Source: an uncultured delta proteobacterium (lineage in GTDB: Bacteria > Desulfobacterota > Desulfuromonadia > Desulfuromonadales > BM103). From it: DNA of 64,000 nucleotides. The notes beneath the pieces are model-generated. The model made no database searches, was not told the origin of the DNA, and saw only the letters and a list, made by a program, of their open reading frames with translations. Shown piece after piece: positions 40,681-49,181 of the stretch. The first letter of the stretch is position 1; each line of letters begins with the position of its first letter. The position numbers were made by a program, and so were the translations under genes. Location: assembly GCA_963715335.1 (NCBI GenBank), contig CAVQRZ010000001.1:64001-128000 (forward strand). The letters run 5' to 3'.

Positions 40681-40921
40681 TTGATTCCCTTTTCGACATT
40701 TTTTAGTCAGATGCGTCGTTGCATAGCTCAGGGAAGAATTCCATCTGCATTGACCGGTTCTGCCGAAGAGGGCGGCAAATGCCCGAAGAGGACCAACCTG
40801 GTTTTTGCTTTACACAACCCGCCCGTTTTTCATGAAGGAACATGATATAGCCCAGGCCGTTCGAGCCTTCGACTTCTCCCATGCGTGCAAAATTAATCAT
40901 ACCTGTACGGCACAAACAAAG

Positions 40922-40951
40922 AAAGCCCCGGTCATAAATGGCCGGGGCTTT
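40922..40951. terminator. Terminator hairpin, copy 1 of a direct duplication
   Basis: AAAGCCCCGGTCATAAATGGCCGGGGCTTT. Confidence 0.85.
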
Positions 40952-41531
40952 CAGACTGCTGACAAAGTTCAGTTTTGATGTTTAGAAGGGCAGCAGAGGG
41001 TTTATCTGTTGTCCTTGTTCATTTCTACTCTGAAATTCAAAGATAAAACCAAAGCAGAACCCGGGGGTTGCGCCCCCCGACTGCGCCTTACTCTTTTGCT
41101 GGCCCAAAAGAGTAAGCAGAAAAAGGCCTGCGCTGCGCTGGGCATGTCTGGTTCGTCAAGGCGGCAACCTCAATTCGGACCATTCTAACCGATTAAGAGT
41201 CTACACTTCCCCCGCAGGAGCCGAGGCTCTTGAGAGCCTCTCCTGTTCGTGGAGACTTGCGTTGATAGAGGTTGTTTTGGCTTTTCCCTGGTAAATCACA
41301 CGGCAAGGTCAGGCCCTTTGACACAGGGCCGGATCCCCATCACAGCAGGTTCTTGAAGTCACAGACATCCGGCAGAGGAGATGCCCTCCGCAAGGAGAAG
41401 GCACTTTTGCATACTTTTGTTGCCGGACAAAAGTATGGCGTCCGGCGGGACGCGACCCGCCGGTTTTGCTTTTAAGCATTTCAAGAAAAGAGAAAAGGGC
41501 AACAGATGAACCATCTGTTGCCCTAAGCTGC
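40952..41531. mobile_element. Modular ORF-less repeat element, copy B
   Basis: Terminal hairpins at 40986-41016 and 41495-41524; colinear with copy C; flanked by duplicated terminator. Confidence 0.82.
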
Positions 41532-41561
41532 AAAGCCCCGGTCATAAATGACCGGGGCTTT
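41532..41561. terminator. Terminator hairpin after nuoN, copy 2
   Basis: AAAGCCCCGGTCATAAATGACCGGGGCTTT; 29/30 identical to 40922-40951. Confidence 0.85.
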
Positions 41562-41588
41562 GGAATGATGCGCGAGACGTGCTCGAAG

Positions 41589-43052
41589 CTAGAAGACTGC
41601 GAGTTTCGCCAGCTCCATAACATCACCAGGGATGATCCCGAGGTAGAACACACCGATGATCGCAATCACGATCGAGATGGCGACAGTGGCCGGCATGGAA
41701 ACCCAGGCAAAGTCTTCGGTCGGATCGCGGAAGTACATGTAAACCATGACCCGCAGGTAGTAGTAAAGCGACACGGCCGAGTTAAGCACGCCGATTATGG
41801 CCAGCCAGATATAACCGGCCTTGACTGCACCGGCAAAGATAAAGAACTTGCCGGCAAAACCGGCTGTGGGCGGCAGTCCCATCAGCGAAAAGAGGAAGAT
41901 CGCCATGGCAACGCCGAGGAAAGGTCGCTTGTAACCGAAACCGGAGAAACCTTCCAGCGTCAGGTTATCCTCACCCTTTTTGCCTGCCAGGACCAGGATG
42001 GCAAAAGCACCGATGTTCATGAAGGTGTAAGCCAGCATGTAGAAGAGAATACCCGAGTAGCCGATCTCATTCGCAGCAACCATACCGACCAGTGCGTAGC
42101 CGGCATGCGCTATCGAGGAGTAGGCCAGCATGCGCTTGACGTTGGTCTGGCTGATGGCGATCACATTGCCAATCACCATTGTCAGCACCGCAAGGACCCA
42201 CAACATGGCGGTCCATTCCGGTTTCAGGCTGAAGAAGCAGTATTCCATGATACGCAGAAACGCGGCAAAAGCTGCGGCCTTGGGCCCGGCGCTCATGAAA
42301 GCGGTGATCGGAGTCGGAGCACCCTCGTAGACGTCCGGTGTCCACATGTGAAAAGGCGCAGCCGCAATCTTGAAGAGGAAGCCGATCGAAAGCAGGACCA
42401 GCCCGGCAAGGGTCATCGGATTCTCTAGCAGAGAGCCGTGTGCATTGAGGTAAATGCCGATTTCCGTCAGCTTGGTAGACCCTGTGACGCCGTAGATCAG
42501 CGCCATGCCGTACAGGAGGAAGCCGGTGGAGAACGCCCCGAGCAGGAAGTATTTCAGGCCTGCTTCGTTGGACTTGACCTGGCCACGGAAGAACCCGGCC
42601 AGAACATACAGACAGATTGACATGACTTCCAGACCAAGGAAGATCGTCATCATATCGGTTCCGGAGGCCATCCACATAGCGCCTGCAGTGGCAAACAGGA
42701 TCAGCGGATAGTATTCACTGACGGGGTAACCTTCGCGCGTCAGATAATCGTCTGACATGAGGACCGTCAACCCGGCGGCGAAAAGGAAGGTGATACTGAA
42801 GAACGCGGCATAATTGTCCATCGCGACAGCATCATTGAACCCGTATTGAGGATTCCCCCAGCCAGTTACGACAAAGAATCCCGTGACCACCAGGCCGATC
42901 AGGCTGATCCAGACAGCATGCCGCGTGGTGCCACGCGGCAGGAATACATTGATCAGCAGCAGTCCCATGCCGAAGCAGCTCAGTACGAGAGACGGCAATA
43001 TGGCCGCCATATTGACGTTCTGCAAGGCAATTTGCACCAGGTTGTTATCCAT
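41589..43052 (-). CDS. nuoN: NADH-quinone oxidoreductase subunit N
   Basis: EAGLKYFLLG, FKIAAAPFHMWTPDVYEGAP, KRMLAYSSIAH. Confidence 0.97.
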   Translation of the reverse strand: MDNNLVQIALQNVNMAAILPSLVLSCFGMGLLLINVFLPRGTTRHAVWISLIGLVVTGFFVVTGWGNPQYGFNDAVAMDNYAAFFSITFLFAAGLTVLMSDDYLTREGYPVSEYYPLILFATAGAMWMASGTDMMTIFLGLEVMSICLYVLAGFFRGQVKSNEAGLKYFLLGAFSTGFLLYGMALIYGVTGSTKLTEIGIYLNAHGSLLENPMTLAGLVLLSIGFLFKIAAAPFHMWTPDVYEGAPTPITAFMSAGPKAAAFAAFLRIMEYCFFSLKPEWTAMLWVLAVLTMVIGNVIAISQTNVKRMLAYSSIAHAGYALVGMVAANEIGYSGILFYMLAYTFMNIGAFAILVLAGKKGEDNLTLEGFSGFGYKRPFLGVAMAIFLFSLMGLPPTAGFAGKFFIFAGAVKAGYIWLAIIGVLNSAVSLYYYLRVMVYMYFRDPTEDFAWVSMPATVAISIVIAIIGVFYLGIIPGDVMELAKLAVF

Positions 43053-43084
43053 TGAATGGCTCCTCGAACGCTATGAAATCTAAT

Positions 43085-44653
43085 TTATTCGTTAACGATA
43101 ACTTTTGTCACTGATTGATCCAGGTTCTCAACCATCATGGCGATATGCTGCTTTTCTTTGACCTGGTTGATCAGGTTGTCAAGCGATGGGTTCATCTTCT
43201 CAAGGAAGGTGTTCGGGTAAAAACCGATCCAGAAGATGAACAGTACCAGCGGCAGCATAACGGCCAATTCCCGCACTGACAGGTCTTTGAGGTTTTCGTT
43301 CTTCGGATTGGTAACTTTGCCCATCATGACGCGCTGGAACATCCAGAGCATGTAAACCGCCGCCAGGATAACGCCGGTGGTCGCAAACACGGTGAAGACC
43401 CGCAGTTCACTTTCAAAAGCGCCGACCAGGATCAGAAATTCGCCAACGAAACCATTGGTTCCGGGCAATCCGATTGAAGAGAACGTCACGATCATGAAGA
43501 TCGTCGCAAACACCGGCATGACCTTGCTCAGGCCCCCGAAGTCAGCAATCAGACGGGTATGGCGGCGCTCGTAGATGAATCCGACGATGAGGAAGAGTGC
43601 GCCGGTCGAAATGCCGTGGTTGATCATCTGCAGCATGCCGCCGGACATCCCCTGCAGATTCATGGCAAAGATCCCCAGCATGACAAAACCCAGATGGGAG
43701 ACCGATGAATAGGCGACCAGTTTCTTGACGTCATCCTGCATCATGGCGACCAGCGCCCCGTAAATAATACCGATTACCGCCAACAGCGCCAAGAACGGGG
43801 TGAACTGCATCGTGGCGACCGGGAAGAGCGGGATGGCGAAACGGATAAAGCCGTAGGTTCCCATCTTCAACAGGATGGCAGCAAGGATAACCGAGCCGGC
43901 CGTCGGTGCTTCGGTGTGTGCATCGGGCAACCAGGTATGGACCGGGAACATCGGCACCTTGATGGCGAAGCTGAAGGCAAACGCTGCGAACAGCCAGGTC
44001 TGCAGGTGCGCCGGGATATCCAGCTGGGAGAAATGGGCTACGCTGAAGCCGTTTTCAAACGGCACACCGGCTTTGATCGAGAAATAGTAAACGTAGATAA
44101 TCGCAACCAGCATCAGCAGCGAACCGACCGCGGTGAAGAGGAAAAACTTGATCGCGGCATAAACCCGGTTCTTGCCGCCCCAGATACCGATCAGGAAATA
44201 CATCGGCACCAGCATCAATTCCCAGAACACGTAGAAGAGGAACAGGTCCAGTGAGATAAAGGCTCCGAGCATACCGGTTTCCAGCAGCAGCAACAGTGCC
44301 ATGAAGCCTTTGGTGTTGCGCTCCACTGCATGCCAGGTGGACAGCACGGTGATCGGCATGATGAAGGTCGTCAGAAGGACCAGCCAGAGGCTGATACCGT
44401 CAATGCCGACGTGGTAATTCATCTGGAAGTACTTGCCGATGCTGATCCATTTGGCAAATTCCGTGTAGTGCATGGCCGACGATCCGATGAAGGCGTCGTC
44501 AAAGCCGAGCGGCAGGCTGATCAGGAATATGATGATCGTAAAGATCAACGTCACTGACTTGATCAGGCGGTCGGCCTCCCGAGGCAGGAAAAGGACTACC
44601 AGCATTCCTACCAGCGGGAAAAAGGTCATCAGGCTAAGAAGATGGTCTGTCAT
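43085..44653 (-). CDS. nuoM: NADH-quinone oxidoreductase subunit M
   Basis: FWELMLVPMY, HTWLPDAHTEAPTAGS, LKMGTYG. Confidence 0.97.
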   Translation of the reverse strand: MTDHLLSLMTFFPLVGMLVVLFLPREADRLIKSVTLIFTIIIFLISLPLGFDDAFIGSSAMHYTEFAKWISIGKYFQMNYHVGIDGISLWLVLLTTFIMPITVLSTWHAVERNTKGFMALLLLLETGMLGAFISLDLFLFYVFWELMLVPMYFLIGIWGGKNRVYAAIKFFLFTAVGSLLMLVAIIYVYYFSIKAGVPFENGFSVAHFSQLDIPAHLQTWLFAAFAFSFAIKVPMFPVHTWLPDAHTEAPTAGSVILAAILLKMGTYGFIRFAIPLFPVATMQFTPFLALLAVIGIIYGALVAMMQDDVKKLVAYSSVSHLGFVMLGIFAMNLQGMSGGMLQMINHGISTGALFLIVGFIYERRHTRLIADFGGLSKVMPVFATIFMIVTFSSIGLPGTNGFVGEFLILVGAFESELRVFTVFATTGVILAAVYMLWMFQRVMMGKVTNPKNENLKDLSVRELAVMLPLVLFIFWIGFYPNTFLEKMNPSLDNLINQVKEKQHIAMMVENLDQSVTKVIVNE

Positions 44654-44690
44654 GGATCCTTGCTCCTTATGTCAACGCTTAACGTTCTGC

Positions 44691-46682
44691 TTAGTTGAGG
44701 ATGAAAATGGCCAACATGACCACCGTGCCGAAAACCATTGTCAGGGCATAGTTATGGAACAGGCCTGTCTGGGTGTGGCGCAGTGTCGTGGAAATCGCAC
44801 CAACCAGCTTGGCGAGGCCGTTAACAATACCGTCGATCACCTTGACATCAAAACCTCTCCAGCAGAATATGCCGAGCTTTTTGGTGCTGTTGACGAACAG
44901 GACATCGTAGGCTTCATCAACATACCACTTGTTGAAAACCCAGCGATGCAGCTTAGAAAATTTCGCCGTAAACTTCGCCGGCAGATCCGGATTCTTCAGA
45001 TACATCACCGTCGCAACACCAATTCCGGTCAACGCGACGACAACCGAGAAGACCATCAGCATGATCTCGGTGCTGGCGGTTCCGTGTGCTTCAATCTTGT
45101 ACAGCTCTTGAGAGTGATGGAATACCGGGGCCAGGAACTGGTCGAGCTGATTGCCTACGTGAAACACATCGATAACGTGAGGGATGCCCACCAGGCCGCC
45201 AACGGTTGCCAGGCCTGCCAGGACAACCAGAGGCAGGGTGATCACCCAGGGGGACTCGTGAACATGGTCCTTCGCCTTGGGGTTGGTTTTCTGCTTGCCG
45301 TAGAAGGTCATGTACAGGCAGCGGAACATGTAGAAGGCTGTCATGAACGCTGCAATCACCGCGATGATCCAGACCATCTTGCTGCCGCGGGTCGAGGCAA
45401 ATGCCCACCAGAGGATCTCGTCCTTGGAGAAGAACCCGGAGAAGAACGGCAGGCCTGCGATCGCCAGGCAGGAGATACCGAAGGTGGCATGGGTAAACGG
45501 CATCTTCTTGCGCAGGCCGCCCATGTTGCGCATATCCTGCGCATCATCATGCAGGTGCGCATGATGCAGGGCATGGTGCATGGCATGAATGACCGAGCCG
45601 GAGCCAAGGAACAGACAGGCCTTGAAGAAGGCGTGGGTCATGAGATGAAAGATCCCGGCGGTAAAAGCGCCGACACCCATGGCGACAAACATGAAGCCGA
45701 GCTGGGAAACGGTCGAGTAGGCCAGGACGCGCTTGATGTCGTTTTGGGCAAAACCGATGGTGGCGGCAAAGATCGCCGTCAGAGCACCGACCAGCGCAAC
45801 CACCGACATGGTCACCGGGCTCATCGCGAAGAGCACGTTCATACGACCAATCATGTAGACGCCGGCAGTGACCATGGTCGCCGCATGGATCAGGGCCGAG
45901 ACCGGGGTCGGGCCCTCCATGGCGTCAGGCAACCAGGTAAAGAGCGGCAGCTGGGCGGACTTGCCGGTTGCGCCGAGGAAGAAGCAAAGGGTCGCAACCG
46001 TCGTCACGCCGAGGCCGAGCATCATGTCTCCGGAGAGCAGGTGCGCATTCTCGTTGATTTCGACAAAGTTGATCGTCCAGACATTATGCTTGCTGCCAAG
46101 AGTCCAGAAGATCGTGAAGAGGCCGAGGAGGAAACCGAAGTCACCAACCCGGTTCATGACGAACGCCTTCTTGGCGGCATCACCGGCGCTCTGCTTTTCG
46201 AAGTAGTACCCGATCAGCAGGTAGGAGCAGAGGCCGACACCTTCCCAGCCGACGAACATGACCAGGGCGTTGCTGCCCAGCACCAGCATGAGCATCGAGA
46301 AGACGAACAGGTTCAGATAACAGAAGAAGCGATAGAAGCCTTCTTCACCATGCATGTACCCGATGGAGTAGAGATGGATCAGTGAGCCAACCCCGCAAAC
46401 CACCATGAGCATGACGGCTGAGAGCGGATCAAACAAGAACCCCCAGTCAACCTGCAGGTCGCCAACCGACATCCACGACGCCACGACCGTCTGGTGAATC
46501 TTTTCGGTGTCGCCAAGCAGTTGGTAAAAATACTTGCAGGAGACCAGGAACGAAAGGAAGACGGCACCGGTACCGATGGCACCAATAATCTTCTCGTTCT
46601 TGATGAACCGCTTGCCAAGCAACCCGTTGATAATCGATCCGAGCAACGGGAAGAAGGGTATAAGCCACAGTTTATCGTACAT
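44691..46682 (-). CDS. nuoL: NADH-quinone oxidoreductase subunit L
   Basis: GWEGVG, KSAQLPL..WLPDAMEGPTPVSALIHAATM, HAFFKA. Confidence 0.97.
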   Translation of the reverse strand: MYDKLWLIPFFPLLGSIINGLLGKRFIKNEKIIGAIGTGAVFLSFLVSCKYFYQLLGDTEKIHQTVVASWMSVGDLQVDWGFLFDPLSAVMLMVVCGVGSLIHLYSIGYMHGEEGFYRFFCYLNLFVFSMLMLVLGSNALVMFVGWEGVGLCSYLLIGYYFEKQSAGDAAKKAFVMNRVGDFGFLLGLFTIFWTLGSKHNVWTINFVEINENAHLLSGDMMLGLGVTTVATLCFFLGATGKSAQLPLFTWLPDAMEGPTPVSALIHAATMVTAGVYMIGRMNVLFAMSPVTMSVVALVGALTAIFAATIGFAQNDIKRVLAYSTVSQLGFMFVAMGVGAFTAGIFHLMTHAFFKACLFLGSGSVIHAMHHALHHAHLHDDAQDMRNMGGLRKKMPFTHATFGISCLAIAGLPFFSGFFSKDEILWWAFASTRGSKMVWIIAVIAAFMTAFYMFRCLYMTFYGKQKTNPKAKDHVHESPWVITLPLVVLAGLATVGGLVGIPHVIDVFHVGNQLDQFLAPVFHHSQELYKIEAHGTASTEIMLMVFSVVVALTGIGVATVMYLKNPDLPAKFTAKFSKLHRWVFNKWYVDEAYDVLFVNSTKKLGIFCWRGFDVKVIDGIVNGLAKLVGAISTTLRHTQTGLFHNYALTMVFGTVVMLAIFILN

Positions 46683-46735
46683 CTATCTCTCCTCCGAACG
46701 AAGTAAGCTTCTTAGGAAAAGTGGGCGTGAGGCGC

Positions 46736-47038
46736 TCACCATTTCAGCATATTGATATTTTCAACGTCGATCGATTCCCGATTCCGGTAAAAAGCAATCA
46801 TCAGGGCAAGACCAACGGCTGCCTCGGCAGCGGCGACCGCCATTACAAAGAAGACGAAGATCTGGCCGTCTATATTTTGTAAGTGACTCGACAGTGAAAT
46901 AAAGGTCAGGTTGACTGAATTAAGCATCAGTTCAACGCACATGAAGATGACAATTGCATTCCGTCGGGTCAAAACACCATAGGTGCCCATGGCAAAGAGA
47001 ATCGCGGCAACGCTCATGTAGTGGTAAACGCTAATCAT
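46736..47038 (-). CDS. nuoK: NADH-quinone oxidoreductase subunit K
   Basis: RRN, ELMLN, AAAEAAVGLA; start ATG 47038. Confidence 0.96.
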   Translation of the reverse strand: MISVYHYMSVAAILFAMGTYGVLTRRNAIVIFMCVELMLNSVNLTFISLSSHLQNIDGQIFVFFVMAVAAAEAAVGLALMIAFYRNRESIDVENINMLKW

Positions 47039-47066
47039 TATTATGTCTCCCGTAGTCCTCTGTCGC

Positions 47067-47570
47067 TTAAACTTCTTTTTTGGCGAGTACGACCGCCCCG
47101 ACAATTGCCACCAGCAGGAGGATGGATGCAATTTCAAAGGGCAGGAGGAACTCGGTGAACATGGCCTTGCCAATCAGCTCTACATGGCCGACGCTTTCAA
47201 CTTTGAAGGCAGTGAGATCTCCCTCAGCACCGGTTACCCGGCCACGCTTGATGAAGTAAATCACATTGAAAAGTACCAGCAGGCTGGCGAGGGCTGACCA
47301 GACAATCCCGTTGGTGTAACGCTGGCGCGCTTCCGTACCGAGATTGAGCAGCATGATGACGAACAGGATCAGCACCATAATCGCGCCGGCATAAACCATG
47401 ATCTGGATCGCCGCCATGAAAGGAGCGTGCAACATGACATAGAATATTGCCAGGCAGAAGAAGGTGTTGACCAGGCCCAGAGCACTGTTGACCGGACTTT
47501 GGCAGCGAATCACCAGGAAACCCGAGATTACAGCAACCAGTGCGACCGAATAAAATAACAAAATCTCCAT
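47067..47570 (-). CDS. nuoJ: NADH-quinone oxidoreductase subunit J
   Basis: QIMVYAGAIMVLILFVIMLL, PFEIAS. Confidence 0.96.
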   Translation of the reverse strand: MEILLFYSVALVAVISGFLVIRCQSPVNSALGLVNTFFCLAIFYVMLHAPFMAAIQIMVYAGAIMVLILFVIMLLNLGTEARQRYTNGIVWSALASLLVLFNVIYFIKRGRVTGAEGDLTAFKVESVGHVELIGKAMFTEFLLPFEIASILLLVAIVGAVVLAKKEV

Positions 47571-47591
47571 GAGTTCTACGCTCCTCCTGGC

Positions 47592-47987
47592 TTATTTCAG
47601 CAGCCGCTGCTTGGTGAATTCAAAGTCTTCACGCTTGTAATTGGCCAGTTCGTAGGCCCCTGTCATTTCGATGGCCTCAACCGGGCAGGCTTCCACGCAA
47701 TAACCGCAGAAGATACAGCGCAGCAGATCTATCGTGTAAACTTTCGGGTACTTCTCGCCCTGTTCATTCTCGGCTGACTCCACCGTGATGCACTTGGCGG
47801 GACAGACCGTCGGACAGAGATAGCAGGCGACGCACTTTTCGCGGTCCTGGGCGGGGACCAGGCGATGCAGGCCACGGAAACGATCGGACGGCGTGAGCTT
47901 GACTTTCGGGTACTGCACGGTCGTCGAATGACCCGGCAGCAAGTGTTTGAAGGTGATGCTCAGTCCTTTGGCAAATTCTTTGAACAT
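47592..47987 (-). CDS. nuoI: NADH-quinone oxidoreductase subunit I
   Basis: CVACYLC...CP; CIFCGYCVEACP. Confidence 0.96.
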   Translation of the reverse strand: MFKEFAKGLSITFKHLLPGHSTTVQYPKVKLTPSDRFRGLHRLVPAQDREKCVACYLCPTVCPAKCITVESAENEQGEKYPKVYTIDLLRCIFCGYCVEACPVEAIEMTGAYELANYKREDFEFTKQRLLK

Positions 47988-48021
47988 GATCTAGACCTCT
48001 TCAAGACTCAAAGGTAACGGG

Positions 48022-49089
48022 TTATTGCAGGACCACGACCACAAGGCCGGTAATCACGACGTTGGCCAGGGCCAGGGGCAAGAGAACTTTCCATCCCATG
48101 CGCATCAGCTGATCATAGCGGACGCGGGGGAAGGTCGCGCGCAGCCACATGAAACAGAACATCAGGAAATAGATCTTCGCCAGCAGCCAGATAAAACCGG
48201 GGACCATGTTGAAGAGACCCCAGTTGAGCGGTGCACTCCAGCCACCGAGGAACAGCGTAGCGGCGATCGCCGAGATGACGATCATGTTGGCGTATTCCGC
48301 CATGAAGAAGAGCGCATACTTCATCGATGAATATTCAGTACAGAAACCGGAGACCAGCTCGCTCTCCGCTTCCGGCATATCGAAGGGAGTCCGGTTGATC
48401 TCGGCCAGTCCCGTAATGATGAAGAGCCCGAAAGCCAGCGGCTGGGTGAAAACGTACCAGTTCGGGACAAAGGAGCAGACCCCCCAAAGAGGCTCCTGCT
48501 GCAGGGCAACTATTTCACGCAGGCTCAAGGTTTCCGAGAGCATGAAAACGGCAATAATCGTCAGGCCGGCGGCCAGTTCGTAAGAGATCATCTGTGCCGA
48601 AGCACGGATGCCGCCAAGCAGGGAGTACTTGCTGTTCGATGCCCAACCGGCCAGAACGATGCCATAGATGCCGAGACCGGCGAAGGCCAGGACATAAAGG
48701 ACTCCGATATTCAGATCGGTGATCTGCTGGGGAACCATGAAACCGAACAATTTCAGGTCGGGGCCGAACGGAATGACAGCAACCGTAATCAGCGCCGGGA
48801 CCAGAATCATCGCAGGTGCCAGCAGGAACGGGACGATGGTCGCCTGGGTCGGGATGATCTCCTCCTTGAAAAACAGCTTGATGCCATCGGCAAACGGCTG
48901 CAGGAGGCCGTGCCAACCGGTGCGCATCGGTCCAAGGCGGGTCTGCATGTGGCCGATGATCTTACGCTCCCACCAGGTTGCGTAAGCAACGGACAGCATC
49001 ACGACCGTAAAGACCACCAGGATTTTCACCAACATGATCCCGATAAAAATCCCGGGACTGTTTGAGAGGCTCAGCATTTCAGGCGTCAT
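48022..49089 (-). CDS. nuoH: NADH-quinone oxidoreductase subunit H
   Basis: ERK...Q.R.GP, AQMISYE, NRTPFDMPEAESELV. Confidence 0.97.
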   Translation of the reverse strand: MTPEMLSLSNSPGIFIGIMLVKILVVFTVVMLSVAYATWWERKIIGHMQTRLGPMRTGWHGLLQPFADGIKLFFKEEIIPTQATIVPFLLAPAMILVPALITVAVIPFGPDLKLFGFMVPQQITDLNIGVLYVLAFAGLGIYGIVLAGWASNSKYSLLGGIRASAQMISYELAAGLTIIAVFMLSETLSLREIVALQQEPLWGVCSFVPNWYVFTQPLAFGLFIITGLAEINRTPFDMPEAESELVSGFCTEYSSMKYALFFMAEYANMIVISAIAATLFLGGWSAPLNWGLFNMVPGFIWLLAKIYFLMFCFMWLRATFPRVRYDQLMRMGWKVLLPLALANVVITGLVVVVLQ

Positions 49090-49181
49090 GATCTTCCTCT
49101 TCCTCTTATCAGATTAATCTTGCTCTGCGAAATGTATTCACACCGCGAGTGGTACTTGAGCTCCCGCGGGGTTGTCAAAGA

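Noticed and set aside
40703..40915. Small ORF upstream of xth ending QMEFF (clamp-motif-like)
   Set aside because: No clear RBS or other support; likely chance.
44472..46385. Long opposite-strand ORFs (e.g. 44472-46385, 3837-5288, 1283-2614, 49149-50525, 62319-63650)
   Set aside because: Antisense shadows of well-supported genes in GC-rich DNA; no recognisable motifs.
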